NCBI GenBank assembly: GCA_963752155.1
Contig: CAVVXH010000002.1
Location: forward strand, 32,001-96,000
Length of the DNA stretch: 64,000 bases
DNA from: an uncultured Parachlamydiaceae bacterium
GTDB lineage: Bacteria; Chlamydiota; Chlamydiia; Chlamydiales; Parachlamydiaceae
Reading direction: 5' to 3'
The notes below the pieces were generated by a model that was given only the letters and a program-made list of their open reading frames with translations, had not been told where the DNA came from and made no database searches. Shown in pieces: positions 38,839 to 51,081 of this stretch (its first letter is position 1; every line of letters begins with the position of its first letter). Made by a program: the position numbers and the translations under genes.

Positions 38839-39204
38839 TCATTTTTTAGAGCTGATTTGTTTTAATTTTTGTTTTGGTTTGTTATTTATTTTTGGCGCTT
38901 CCAGCAGTTTGACTTCTTGGGCGATGTATTGCTGGCTTTGAGTAATCAATTGGCTCAGGGAGCTTTCAATAACAAGAAATTTATTTCTCATTTCTTCTAT
39001 TGCTTGCTGAAGTGCAAATATGCGATTGACTTCGGTTTGCTGCTGGAGGAGCAATCTTTTAGGGGCGCAGTCTTTAATGACTTTTGGTTGACCCTGCCCA
39101 TTTTCTTGCCACCAAGACTCTAGATAATTGGGGCAATCTCTTTCCGAAGAACATAGTTTTGCCTTTACGAAAGGACAATTTTCACCGCATGAAGTGCATT
39201 CCAT
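38839..39204 (-). CDS. Hypothetical Cys-rich/coiled-coil phage protein
   Basis: Six Cys in the N-terminal half (CTSCGENCP..C..CP..C), then a heptad helix; co-oriented in the operon. Confidence 0.6.
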   Translation of the reverse strand: MECTSCGENCPFVKAKLCSSERDCPNYLESWWQENGQGQPKVIKDCAPKRLLLQQQTEVNRIFALQQAIEEMRNKFLVIESSLSQLITQSQQYIAQEVKLLEAPKINNKPKQKLKQISSKK

Positions 39205-39220
39205 TGAGTTACCTATTTAG

Positions 39221-39835
39221 TTAAGCTTGTTTTTGACATAAAATTCCTACGACTGCCAATGGCCTCCAAGTGGCTCCATGATTGTGGGGCTGAGAAGCTC
39301 CTATTGCATTTGAAGAACTATTCATCCCTTCTGTTGTTCCTTGTCTTGGTCGTTGATTTTTGGCTCCGTGGGCATAATGCGAACTCGTATTGCTTTGATC
39401 AGAACCAAAAAAGTACTGGTGAGTATGGTTCGGGATTTGATTAATGGTTAGGCCGACACCTGGCTGCTGCCAAGTTCCTGCTACGGTGTTACCTGCTGGT
39501 CCATAAAGACCGCCTCGAAGAGCTAAAACGCAATCCCCTAAAAAATTGATTGGTAGCCATCCATCTGGAGCAACGTTTTGATAAAACCAGCATAAAGTTC
39601 CTGCTGCAAAACCGACCTGATCAAATCTAATCTGATAGTTGCTTGCAGCGCGCCTTATCATAAAAAGATCGCTCGCCACAGCTGATCCATTAGGTAATGT
39701 TGGGAAGAGAGAAATATCAATCGTTCGAACTTTATCAATCGTCACTTGTTTATCGGTTAATCCTTGGCGAATGATCGTTGTATCCCCATCATCTGCAACA
39801 GAAGCGACTGGTAAGCCTGGAATTTGTACTGACAT
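39221..39835 (-). CDS. Tail collar/short fibre-like protein
   Basis: WFYQNVAPDGW collar-like motif; LTINQIPNHTH and QPHNH metal-binding tip motifs; AAGGAG RBS before the ATG at 39835. Confidence 0.7.
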   Translation of the reverse strand: MSVQIPGLPVASVADDGDTTIIRQGLTDKQVTIDKVRTIDISLFPTLPNGSAVASDLFMIRRAASNYQIRFDQVGFAAGTLCWFYQNVAPDGWLPINFLGDCVLALRGGLYGPAGNTVAGTWQQPGVGLTINQIPNHTHQYFFGSDQSNTSSHYAHGAKNQRPRQGTTEGMNSSSNAIGASQPHNHGATWRPLAVVGILCQKQA

Positions 39836-39843
39836 AAATCTCC

Positions 39844-40326
39844 TTAAGGTGTTGGGTACGTTTTTGTCTGGCCCCAAACAAGAATATCTGTAGCTGTGCC
39901 GCCATTAACGATTTGATTTCCTGCTAAAGTTCCTGCCCCAAGACTCAAGGTATTATTCGAAATGACCGTCAAAGTAGGAGCTAATCCTGGTTTTTTTGCT
40001 CCAACGGCAAAAATGTATCGAGTGGGGTTGGCTAAATCTACGGCGGTTAGAGTAATCAAAGTTCCGACTGTCCCGTCATAGGGGAAAAGACCTACTCCAT
40101 TTCCATCGGTCAAAATAGCTAATTCCTCCTGCTGTTTTAAGAAGGCCAGCCAGCGATTTGTGTATCTTCCCAACCAGTTGAACCAATTTCGAGGTGGAAA
40201 TTCTAAACGAGCCCAACCTTCTAATTTTTTTTCAGTAGGCGGTTCAAGAACGTTGTTTTGTCCTGATATTGGATCTACAACATCATTTTCTGCCCATTCA
40301 GGTAAAATTGTAGGTTTAAGCACCAT
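39844..40326 (-). CDS. Baseplate/tail-fibre attachment protein
   Basis: WA...GW...PPRNWFNWL fibre N-terminal anchor motif; follows the wedge genes. Confidence 0.65.
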   Translation of the reverse strand: MVLKPTILPEWAENDVVDPISGQNNVLEPPTEKKLEGWARLEFPPRNWFNWLGRYTNRWLAFLKQQEELAILTDGNGVGLFPYDGTVGTLITLTAVDLANPTRYIFAVGAKKPGLAPTLTVISNNTLSLGAGTLAGNQIVNGGTATDILVWGQTKTYPTP

Positions 40327-40336
40327 TGTTAACTCC

Positions 40337-41092
40337 TTAAGGTATTGGCGGCTGCGAGCCGTTAAACATGATGACTTCGGCTAATTGTCCAGCCCCTGTC
40401 GTATCAATAGGGATTCCAAATTCGGCAAAACCTCCGCCAAAAGTTGGATTAGTCACTCTGCCAGCTTGCACAGCTAGAAGATCGCCTGTATTAATTTCTA
40501 AATTTTCCAAATCAAATGGATTAGCTTCATTAGGTGCGACAAGAAGTAGATCTTCGACGGGGTCCCCGCTAAAAACAAAAGGAAGCGGAACATTGTAAGT
40601 TGCAGTAATGGGAGTGTATTGAACGCCTGCTGGACTGACAGATTGAATAGCAGTAACAAGTTGTTCGGGAGGATTTGGAAACACCAGACCATCAGTGGAC
40701 ATTTGAAAAGCTGCGGGATAATATTCATGGTAACGGATTTTATTCGCTTTTGTGAGGAATTTGAGAACGGTAATGACTTCTTCAGGTGTGCCATTTGCCT
40801 TATTTATAAAAATTTGAAACTTCAGTCTTTCTCTGTAATCTTCATCGGATTCATTTGGTAAACGCGCAAGACCAAGAATTTCACCAAGTCCATCCAGCTG
40901 CATTCCAATTGAGGTTTCCAAGGAGCGTTGAAATTTTAAGTCTTGATCGACATTGTCTATTTCTTGCATTGACGTGACAAAGGCACGAATAAATCTTTGA
41001 AAACGGCTATATTCTCCATCAACGAGACTTTGCTGAAATTGACCTGCCAAAAGGGCAATTGCTCTTTGAACGTGATTGGTTATTCTAACCAT
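40337..41092 (-). CDS. Baseplate wedge protein (DUF2612-like)
   Basis: GMQLDGLGEILGLAR...SDEDYRERLK..I..N..NGT and PAGV; downstream of baseplate J. Confidence 0.78.
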   Translation of the reverse strand: MVRITNHVQRAIALLAGQFQQSLVDGEYSRFQRFIRAFVTSMQEIDNVDQDLKFQRSLETSIGMQLDGLGEILGLARLPNESDEDYRERLKFQIFINKANGTPEEVITVLKFLTKANKIRYHEYYPAAFQMSTDGLVFPNPPEQLVTAIQSVSPAGVQYTPITATYNVPLPFVFSGDPVEDLLLVAPNEANPFDLENLEINTGDLLAVQAGRVTNPTFGGGFAEFGIPIDTTGAGQLAEVIMFNGSQPPIP

Positions 41093-41150
41093 GTCACCTC
41101 CTCAAACAGTAGGGTCAACCATTTTGTTGACGTTAGCATAATGGTTGTTA

Positions 41151-43139
41151 TCATACTGTCACCGTGATTCTTGTTAGATCAAAGACGGATATTTCATTTT
41201 CTGCGATAACGATATCTGCTGTACCAAATAGGGGAGTATCCCCTGGTTCATTCGTGGATGCAATTTGCATCACGCCGCTAGCGATTCCGGGAACACTAAA
41301 AATCTGAGCAAGGACGCGTTGTAATAGAACGTCTATGCCTATACCTAAAGTAGATCCATATGTGTTAATGGCTGCTGCCACTAAGTCTTGACCATTTGGA
41401 GGAAATACTTCCTCTGCATATAGGGTTAAGGCAACCGTAACCCAAATGTAGATTGGGGTGGGGCGGCTAAAATTGATGACTTGGAATTCACCTTGTGAGT
41501 CGGTGATGGTAAACGCAGTATTCCCGAATGTTTGGATACCTGCTGGTTTCGTGGTCCAGATTTTATTTGCGACGTCAGCATCAGTGCCTCCTTGTACGAC
41601 AGCTTCAAAACTTTTTGGAACTCTTCCGCCTTTAATAACCGCCGTTGCTTGTGAAGCTCCTCCGCTGACAGTGAAATCATTGGGGATCATTGTTACTTCA
41701 ATAGCGGTTGCCATATCCATAGTGATGGTTCTATTGGCTGTCCCGCCAACGGTTGCAGAAACAACTTCAGGTTGATTTTGAATCAAGGCAGCAATTACGT
41801 TCATGGTAGCTAAATGAGAAGTTGCAAAGGTGACGGTTGGCAATGTCGTACCATTTAAAACGACGACTATGGTATTTCCTGTGACCAAATCTTGATTTAA
41901 TACGATCAGAATTGGTTCTTGAGTCAATGTACTATTTTCGAAAACTAGAGCAGATATTACCCCAGGTACTTGCTGAAGCAACCTTGCTCTTATAGATTCA
42001 ACTGTGCCAGCTCCCAAGAGTCGAAGCGAATTGTTTCGACGTATTCTTAATTCGGCATCCGTTTCAATGAAACGTCCTGTCACTCCAGCCTTAAGGTTAT
42101 TTATTGATATCCAACCTGAAATGGGAGTGAGGATTTCGGTCAATGTATTGACAGGGGCAGCGATTGGACCAAAATCTTGGGATAGAAAAACAACAGGAGT
42201 AGATTGGGCAGTGATGCTTAAATTAGTTCCAACAGCAATGGAAAAAGGAACGTCTGACTCATCAGCATTGATGGTTATGGTTCCATCCATATTATCTATG
42301 GCCGCCACAGGTTGAATCCCAGCATTGACTACGGAAGCAAGGGCTGCTGTTAATGCGTTATTTGATGCTGGGGTTTGATAAGTAATTGCATAGGTAGGTT
42401 GGCTTGCTCCGCCAGTGATCACGATTGAATTGACTATGGCATTGAACCCAACATTTGGAATGATGGTGATAATATTTGGATTCGTTGGTGTTGCAGAAAG
42501 AACGGCAGGGGAAGTGGCAATCTGTGCAGCTAATAGAGCCAAAGTTGTGTTGTTATTCGTAGTAAAAGGTACCGCTGCTAATTGAACTCCATTGATGGTA
42601 GCAACTATTGAATTGGAAGTAACAAAACTCCCTGTAAAGGTGATGATAGGCAGCGAATATGAAAAGGCCTGATTGTTGATTAGAGCCGTATAAATTTGAG
42701 CTGCCAAAGCGCTAACTTGAATAGTTGCGGATGCTGCCTGTGTTCTTGTAATAATCGTGTTTTGTTGAGCAAAGAACACAGCTCCGGTATCGGGGATTCT
42801 AGCGAGGGCTCCTTGATTGATAAGAGTGCCATCTAATCCAGCGCAGACGCCTATAACTCTAGTTTGTTGAGCGGCAAGTCGAGTGATGCCATTTAATTGA
42901 ACGACGTTATCGAGGCTGATCCCTTCCGCGAAGTTGGGATATTGGCTGAAATAAACATCCTCCATATTTTCCCAAAGATCGGCTAATACTTTTGAAAATA
43001 CTCCGATTTGCTGGCCAAATATAGATTGCGGATCTAAGTTGATATCGCCAAATTCTGCGAGCAGCTGATTTTCTAAATCAGTTTGAATATCGACTAATCG
43101 TTTAGCTTTAAATCCCTGAGCGGTTAAACCAAATGTCAT
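41151..43139 (-). CDS. Baseplate J/gp47-like protein with inserted domains
   Basis: FGLTAQGF, AEGISLD, GRFIETDAELRIRR, VQGGTDADVA.KIW..KPAGI.TFG, INFSRP. Confidence 0.9.
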   Translation of the reverse strand: MTFGLTAQGFKAKRLVDIQTDLENQLLAEFGDINLDPQSIFGQQIGVFSKVLADLWENMEDVYFSQYPNFAEGISLDNVVQLNGITRLAAQQTRVIGVCAGLDGTLINQGALARIPDTGAVFFAQQNTIITRTQAASATIQVSALAAQIYTALINNQAFSYSLPIITFTGSFVTSNSIVATINGVQLAAVPFTTNNNTTLALLAAQIATSPAVLSATPTNPNIITIIPNVGFNAIVNSIVITGGASQPTYAITYQTPASNNALTAALASVVNAGIQPVAAIDNMDGTITINADESDVPFSIAVGTNLSITAQSTPVVFLSQDFGPIAAPVNTLTEILTPISGWISINNLKAGVTGRFIETDAELRIRRNNSLRLLGAGTVESIRARLLQQVPGVISALVFENSTLTQEPILIVLNQDLVTGNTIVVVLNGTTLPTVTFATSHLATMNVIAALIQNQPEVVSATVGGTANRTITMDMATAIEVTMIPNDFTVSGGASQATAVIKGGRVPKSFEAVVQGGTDADVANKIWTTKPAGIQTFGNTAFTITDSQGEFQVINFSRPTPIYIWVTVALTLYAEEVFPPNGQDLVAAAINTYGSTLGIGIDVLLQRVLAQIFSVPGIASGVMQIASTNEPGDTPLFGTADIVIAENEISVFDLTRITVTV

Positions 43140-43498
43140 GTTAGTAATTCCTGCGTTATTGTGATCTGCCCTTGGACAGTGTCCACAGAGAAAGTCACGG
43201 AATAAATACGCCGTGTATCGTCAAAATTACTTGTGAAACTGAGAATTTGGTTTACACCTCGAGTAGAAAGAATCTCTTGCTTGAGAACGCTTTCCATTCG
43301 AATTTGATTGGGGGATTTGATGAAAAAATCTTGATAATAGGAAACGCCTGCAGTGATATCTAAGAACCATTCTCCCAAAATAAAGCGCAAGCGAATAGCT
43401 AGATTTTGAGCGATCTGGTCTTGATCCTCAACGAATTGCAAGTCAAAATCTTGTAAGAGTAAATCGCCAGTTGTTGTGTCTAGCGCTATATCTTTCAT
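43136..43498 (-). CDS. Baseplate sheath-initiator (gp25/gp46-like)
   Basis: DIALD..TGDL, IAQNLAIRLRFILGEWFLD..AGV; upstream of baseplate J. Confidence 0.8.
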   Translation of the reverse strand: MKDIALDTTTGDLLLQDFDLQFVEDQDQIAQNLAIRLRFILGEWFLDITAGVSYYQDFFIKSPNQIRMESVLKQEILSTRGVNQILSFTSNFDDTRRIYSVTFSVDTVQGQITITQELLT

Positions 43499-43585
43499 GA
43501 AGCCTCGTTAACTCAAAAACGTTTCCTAATACGTTTACACATGGGTATTTGAGTTAATTAAGGCTATTGGATACTTGAGTAGTTT

Positions 43586-44236
43586 TTAAGGGATTGTACC
43601 CTTAAGAGCATCTATAGATGCTTTCAATGAGGCATATGTCGGCACAGTGCCTTGGAATATTGGGTTTCCAACTGCGGTTGTCACAGAGGTTGTCAAAATT
43701 CCTAGTATTTTACTGACAATATCGAGAACTTCTGTAGAGCTGTTCCCGATCGCCACTTTACCAGCAGTTTCAATTTGAATGTCACCACTTTCTTTGATTC
43801 TTATATTAGAGCTTTTATAAGTTAAAAGCACGTCCGAGTTGTTCTCAGCTAAAGAATTTTCTGTAAAAGGAAAAAGCCCCATGATTGCAACAGCATCGGA
43901 TAAGTCGAATTTCCTTGGATCGTTGGGTGCTACATTGCCTCCTACTGATTTCCAAAGATCTGTACTCCTTTCAATAAACAAAAGCAAGCAGGTGTCGCCT
44001 TGAACAACTGGGAAAGTCAAACTAGCACCGCCTGCTTTTGGAAAAATTACTGGGACATTACTTAAAATAGGCAAATCCAATGTTGTCCCATCTAAATAAC
44101 TCTTTTTCAAGGCCGGTTGAATTTCAGCTTTTTGTTTCGTATAGTCATAAGAAACAATGACTCCTGGCAAAGCGGTATGGACATCATAAAGCTGAAATTG
44201 AATTGCTTGTCTTAAAGCATCAGTGATCGTCGTCAT
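43586..44236 (-). CDS. Baseplate spike (Gp138/gpV-like)
   Basis: VHTALPGVIVSYD, LSNVPVIFP, FPVVQGDTCLLLF.ER, RKFDLSDAVAI.G. Confidence 0.85.
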   Translation of the reverse strand: MTTITDALRQAIQFQLYDVHTALPGVIVSYDYTKQKAEIQPALKKSYLDGTTLDLPILSNVPVIFPKAGGASLTFPVVQGDTCLLLFIERSTDLWKSVGGNVAPNDPRKFDLSDAVAIMGLFPFTENSLAENNSDVLLTYKSSNIRIKESGDIQIETAGKVAIGNSSTEVLDIVSKILGILTTSVTTAVGNPIFQGTVPTYASLKASIDALKGTIP

Positions 44237-44454
44237 TCTTCATCACCTTGTGCTATTGTTAAACAATCAAGGAGACCATCGCGGATTTTGGATAAAGCCC
44301 AACCTAATTCTTCTAAGCCATCATCGTTATTTAAATAATGATTTACAAACTGATCCCTTTTATATCGATCGCCCCAGCCACAAAATTCAATATTTAGTAA
44401 CTGGTCGAGTTTTTCTCTTATTCTTCCTAAATCTTCTAAACGTTCTGCTTTCAT
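44233..44454 (-). CDS. Small acidic hypothetical protein
   Basis: ATGA overlaps with both neighbours indicate translational coupling; ~73 aa. Confidence 0.55.
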   Translation of the reverse strand: MKAERLEDLGRIREKLDQLLNIEFCGWGDRYKRDQFVNHYLNNDDGLEELGWALSKIRDGLLDCLTIAQGDEE

Positions 44455-45314
44455 ACTAAAATCACTTCCATTATTGATCGCCAATTTGGACCGAATAAAT
44501 CTCCCTCATGCTTTATAGAAAATACCGCATAAGGTCCATTAAGTCCGATTCTTTCAGATTTGATATTAAGCCTATCACCAGGGAGAATATCAGGGCGAAG
44601 AGTGGTTTGAACGATATATCCAGTTCGAGGGCCATCCAGATAGACAGCCGCTCTCTTATCTGTATAGCGCTGAGGAATTCCGATCATGCCAGTGTCGGCA
44701 TTGATTTCTATGGCTGGTTTTGAAGTTGTTCCATATTGAGGAATGATTTGAAGCTTTCCATTTTGAACGCTCCATCTCAGACCGAGTCTTAAAACTGCTT
44801 TATCTAGGGCGTTTTTACCCATTCCAGCATATTCGAACCCTTGCTCATAAACAACATTGTCAGTAGCAGTAAACTCAGAAATAGATAGCCCAAGTTGATC
44901 GGCGATCGTTTGGACAACCTGACGGACTGGGACCTTTTCCTTGAAGCTAACGGTAATAGACTTCTGGTTAAGAATTCTTTCTCCGTCTCCGCAGTCAAGT
45001 GTAGTGACGATTTCTGGCTGATCATAGGCATGGCTGACTTGGGTGGTATTACCAATGAAAAGCAATTGTTCACCCGCGTCTTCTCGATACCCGGCGGATA
45101 AGATAACTTGGTCTCCATAATCTTTAATCCTGTTCCTATTTTCTTGACTGAGGTTCCAAATTTTTACAGATGCTGTATTGGTTGACCAGCTCAAATTCTT
45201 CTGAATAGAAAAGGAAATGCGAAGAGCTGACAGCTTAATTGAGCCAATATAGCCATTAAAAGTATTGTTTCTCAATCCAACTTCTACGGATGCTATTCGA
45301 TCAAACCTGGCCAT
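44451..45314 (-). CDS. Baseplate hub protein
   Basis: ISFSIQK..NTASVKIWNL, LSAGY, DCGDG, WSVQNGKLQI, TGMIGIP, HEGD..GPNW. Confidence 0.8.
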   Translation of the reverse strand: MARFDRIASVEVGLRNNTFNGYIGSIKLSALRISFSIQKNLSWSTNTASVKIWNLSQENRNRIKDYGDQVILSAGYREDAGEQLLFIGNTTQVSHAYDQPEIVTTLDCGDGERILNQKSITVSFKEKVPVRQVVQTIADQLGLSISEFTATDNVVYEQGFEYAGMGKNALDKAVLRLGLRWSVQNGKLQIIPQYGTTSKPAIEINADTGMIGIPQRYTDKRAAVYLDGPRTGYIVQTTLRPDILPGDRLNIKSERIGLNGPYAVFSIKHEGDLFGPNWRSIMEVILV

Positions 45315-45635
45315 TTAAGCGAACTCCCCGAGAGAATAATAGATGAGTTCAGTTACCTCGCCCATGTCTAGACGTTGAATTTTTCCTTCTCCTCCAATGA
45401 TATTTTGGCAAACGATATCTCCTGTGGGTTTGCCATCATTGACATATTGAGAGGTTAAGTTATAGTTAGCGACGACTTTTATCCCAAGAATGATGGGAAC
45501 TAAATCGCGAGTTAGAATATCCATGACCCAGTATTCATTCATTGCGTTCCATCTAAAAGATAAAACGAATGTTTTATTATCCAACTCAATTTGTTCTTGC
45601 CATTGGGCGGGTTCTTTAAAAGGAATAATTTGCAT
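45315..45635 (-). CDS. Baseplate plug-like protein
   Basis: IELD..FVLSFRWN..NEYWVMDI..GIKVV...LIY; position between the Dit-like and hub genes. Confidence 0.7.
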   Translation of the reverse strand: MQIIPFKEPAQWQEQIELDNKTFVLSFRWNAMNEYWVMDILTRDLVPIILGIKVVANYNLTSQYVNDGKPTGDIVCQNIIGGEGKIQRLDMGEVTELIYYSLGEFA

Positions 45636-46279
45636 TACACCACTCCTAAGATTAAATTTTTGCTGGCTAATACGTTAGGGAGAATCGTGGGTTGCACAGA
45701 GATCAAGGATTGCACGCCTACATTAATCCCGCTTGAGGCCTGATCTTTTAGACTATTGACAGGATCATTTTGAATCAGGGGATAATTGGCGTTGGAAGCT
45801 ACAATGTCTCGAGGAATTTTGTTTTGTACTCCACCGAAAACATTTCCTTGGTCAAGTTGCAATCTAACGCTTGTATCTATGATGAGCCTTTGTAATTCGA
45901 TTGTAAAAGTTAAAGACTGACCTGTCTTTATATCTCTGGGGACATCTAAAACGGTAATAGCCATGTTTTGATATACTTTTAAACCTGTGACCACGGTCAC
46001 AGGCTGCCTGGATTGATGAAGAGCGATGAGACGGTTAAATGCATCGATTGAGCGATTAAAAGGGGCAAAAATACTCAAAGGAGTATCTGAAACAAGGCCG
46101 ACCAACACTAAAACGTCGGGTTCGTTGATAATATGATCCGATATGATTGTTCCATCTTCAATCGGATAGTTCGTTACGCGCGAAGAGAAGCGATGCTCTT
46201 CCCGAATGGTAACATCTAGATCGATTGACCCAACTTTTGGGCTAGGATATTTTTTTCCAAATAGCAGAGATAAAACCAT
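45635..46279 (-). CDS. Dit-like baseplate/tube initiator protein
   Basis: DVTIREEH..SSRVTNYPIEDG..ISDH, VVTGLKVYQNMAI; follows the tape measure. Confidence 0.78.
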   Translation of the reverse strand: MVLSLLFGKKYPSPKVGSIDLDVTIREEHRFSSRVTNYPIEDGTIISDHIINEPDVLVLVGLVSDTPLSIFAPFNRSIDAFNRLIALHQSRQPVTVVTGLKVYQNMAITVLDVPRDIKTGQSLTFTIELQRLIIDTSVRLQLDQGNVFGGVQNKIPRDIVASNANYPLIQNDPVNSLKDQASSGINVGVQSLISVQPTILPNVLASKNLILGVV

Positions 46280-47385
46280 TACTCCACCTGAGGATTGTTG
46301 TTATAGATTTCCCTAATCTTATCTATGAAAGCATTGTCAAAAGCTTCATCGAAAGACTGGTGAATAGCGATTTGCTGCTGATCAGTCGTTCCTGGAGGAA
46401 TCTGCATATCGACTTTAGTATTGATATTGAAATTGGCTGGAAGCTTGCCTTGTTTTTGTTGTTCTATCAAGGCATTGAAAAAGAAGGCGTCTTCCTCGTC
46501 CACTTTTCTTTTAACCATATTAAGAGTTTCACCGCCGAATAATTTGGCAACTTCTTCGGTTATCGCATCCGCAATAAACGAAAAGCCCCCCTTAATTCCT
46601 TCTGTGGAAAAGACATCTGCAATCACTCCAAAGCCTTTAAAAGCATCTCCATTCAAAATCTGAGTGAATATTCCAAGAGCCTCAGTGATGGCGGGTAAGA
46701 GCTTAACTACGAAAACTTCTGTCAGTTGTGTCAGCTGATTTTTAAAAACCGCTAGATTTCGAGAATATTGACTTAGACTGGGGATTCCATCTTTCAAGGC
46801 CTTAGCATATTCGGTATGTTTTTCTGTCAGCAATCCAATGCTATCGCCGGCTGCCTTGGCGAAATCTATATATTTTTGGGCGTCTTTTTCACCAAAGAAA
46901 GCGACAGCAACCTTTAATTTATCTCGATCATTGCTGAGAGTATTAATATGCTTGAGGATGTCGATAAATAATTGATTGGCATTCTTCAATTCACCAGTGA
47001 AATTATCTCTAATTTCTATCCCTGTGTAATAAGCAATTTCTTGAAGCTGTCCCATTCCCCATTGAGCATCTTGAAGCATTTTATTCAAACCGGAAAGGGT
47101 AGCATCAAAATTGCTTGGATCAATTCTAAATTCTTCGGCAGCCTTTCTTAACTTGATAAATTCTTCGAATGAAATGCCAATACTCTTAGCGAGATCATTG
47201 GCATCCAATGTGGCATTTGCAATGTCATTGAAAAAGTCTAGGGTTTTAGCAACGAATGCAGTTGCAGCTGTTGCTGCAATAGCAAATTTTGTTTTAAAAC
47301 CTATGATTGTGCGATTAAATTGCTCAACGCCTCTTTGATCGACTTGAAAGCCTAATCTAGTGACTAATTCTCTAACGACTGTCAT
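46279..47385 (-). CDS. Tail tape measure protein (short, 368 aa)
   Basis: VVRELVTRLGFQVD N-terminus, helical composition, position right after the chaperones. Confidence 0.78.
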   Translation of the reverse strand: MTVVRELVTRLGFQVDQRGVEQFNRTIIGFKTKFAIAATAATAFVAKTLDFFNDIANATLDANDLAKSIGISFEEFIKLRKAAEEFRIDPSNFDATLSGLNKMLQDAQWGMGQLQEIAYYTGIEIRDNFTGELKNANQLFIDILKHINTLSNDRDKLKVAVAFFGEKDAQKYIDFAKAAGDSIGLLTEKHTEYAKALKDGIPSLSQYSRNLAVFKNQLTQLTEVFVVKLLPAITEALGIFTQILNGDAFKGFGVIADVFSTEGIKGGFSFIADAITEEVAKLFGGETLNMVKRKVDEEDAFFFNALIEQQKQGKLPANFNINTKVDMQIPPGTTDQQQIAIHQSFDEAFDNAFIDKIREIYNNNPQVE

Positions 47386-47641
47386 TTCTTCGACCTTTCC
47401 TTTTAGATTCTTCCATCAGGTCGAGTCGCATATCCAGCAAGGCATTTGCCCTCAACAGATCATCTAGATTCCATGTGCGCTCGATTTCCTCTAAAGAGGC
47501 TATTCCTTCTAATACTAACCGCCAGAGAAGGAACTCATCTTTTAATTCCGTATGGAGGTTTTTCTCGTATCTGGCTGACGATTCTGCGGCATCGGTGTTG
47601 CTTCCTTGAATAGGCCTCCAATACCGCTCTCCCCAAAAAAA
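47372..47641 (-). CDS. Tail assembly chaperone GT-type extension (-1 frame)
   Basis: Overlaps the chaperone in the -1 frame; WRLV..GIASLEEIERTWNLDDLLRANALLD; T TTT TTT heptamer at 47635-47641. Confidence 0.65.
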   Translation of the reverse strand, partial: FFWGERYWRPIQGSNTDAAESSARYEKNLHTELKDEFLLWRLVLEGIASLEEIERTWNLDDLLRANALLDMRLDLMEESKRKGRRNDSR

Positions 47642-48018
47642 GAACCGAAATTGCAATCTACCACGAAGGCCAAGACCTGCATCAAAGTTGGTAGATCGCC
47701 TGCAAATTCAACATCTATTACAGAATCGGTTAATTCCATTCCCTCTTTTCTGACTCCTTGGCATAGCTCAAGGACTAAACTTTCAAATGTTTTGTCATCC
47801 AATTGGGACATTAAAGATTCAATAGCTTTGACAGCTTCTCCTTTTGAAAAAGGAAGCCCGGCCATGCTTTGATCTTTGCCTCCAGGAAGGAATAATTGAG
47901 CCAAAGCAGGTCCAAAGATCCGCAAAAGCTTTGCCTTCATTCTTAAAGCTCTTCTAGCGGGTAACTGAGTACAGGTATAAACCGATCCATTGATTTGTTT
48001 TTCTCGTGTTTCAATCAT
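47542..48018 (-). CDS. Tail assembly chaperone
   Basis: INGSVY...LPARRA...FAGD...NFGSFF; lies between the tube and tape measure genes. Confidence 0.75.
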   Translation of the reverse strand: MIETREKQINGSVYTCTQLPARRALRMKAKLLRIFGPALAQLFLPGGKDQSMAGLPFSKGEAVKAIESLMSQLDDKTFESLVLELCQGVRKEGMELTDSVIDVEFAGDLPTLMQVLAFVVDCNFGSFFGESGIGGLFKEATPMPQNRQPDTRKTSIRN

Positions 48019-48452
48019 TAGACGTTTACTCCATTGCTACCAACGAAGACGTCCAGATCAACTAGATCAAGAACCCAATCGCGATTAGCTAAATCTTTAC
48101 CGAATTCAGAAGATGGATATTTCTTCACCCAGCCAGTAGCGCTGAAGTAAAGCGAATTCCCGCTCAAGTCTTTGATTAAGATAGGCACTACCCCTGCATT
48201 CGTTAACTCATCAATATTAGCAAATCCTGAAAGCACATCATTGCTAGGGCTTGATTGTTTTAAGGTTAGTGTCATACTTCCTGAGCGATTGTTACTTTTG
48301 ATACGCGTGCTTGTACCATCCGCGCCAGTAACTTTCGCCCATTGATCGTCATCTCTATCAACTGTTAAGAAAGTTCCATCAGCGAAGCCGCTCATAGGAA
48401 TCCCACCCACTGTAATAATGACCTGCTTAGGGTCATAAGTTCTTACTGACAT
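48018..48452 (-). CDS. Tail tube protein (DUF3277-like)
   Basis: TYDPKQV, GFADG, GADG, LKQSSPSN, IKDLSG; follows the sheath. Confidence 0.85.
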   Translation of the reverse strand: MSVRTYDPKQVIITVGGIPMSGFADGTFLTVDRDDDQWAKVTGADGTSTRIKSNNRSGSMTLTLKQSSPSNDVLSGFANIDELTNAGVVPILIKDLSGNSLYFSATGWVKKYPSSEFGKDLANRDWVLDLVDLDVFVGSNGVNV

Positions 48453-48469
48453 AATTATCTCCTAAGTAT

Positions 48470-50881
<2,412 letters not shown>

Positions 50882-50892
<11 letters not shown>

Positions 50893-51064
50893 CTTCTACC
50901 CCATACAACACGAGCACAGAATGAAGCTCGAAGCCTTGCTGATAATAGGTGTCATATTTGACATCGAATAACTTCCATGCATTGGCTGTCACTTCATTGA
51001 GGAAGTCATTGAGCCTGTCTTCTAACGTCATAAAAGAAGTGTCTGAAATAATTTTTGCTTTCAT
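50882..51064 (-). CDS. Small hypothetical protein
   Basis: 60 aa, AAGGA RBS, LEDRLNDFL...DVKY...SVLVLY; overlaps the next gene. Confidence 0.55.
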
Positions 51065-51081
51065 GGTTTTTCAATTCCTTT

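Noticed and set aside
35866..39835. Diversity-generating retroelement or invertible tail-fibre switch
   Set aside because: No reverse transcriptase or invertase. The paralogues are in direct orientation and their differences are not adenine-specific.
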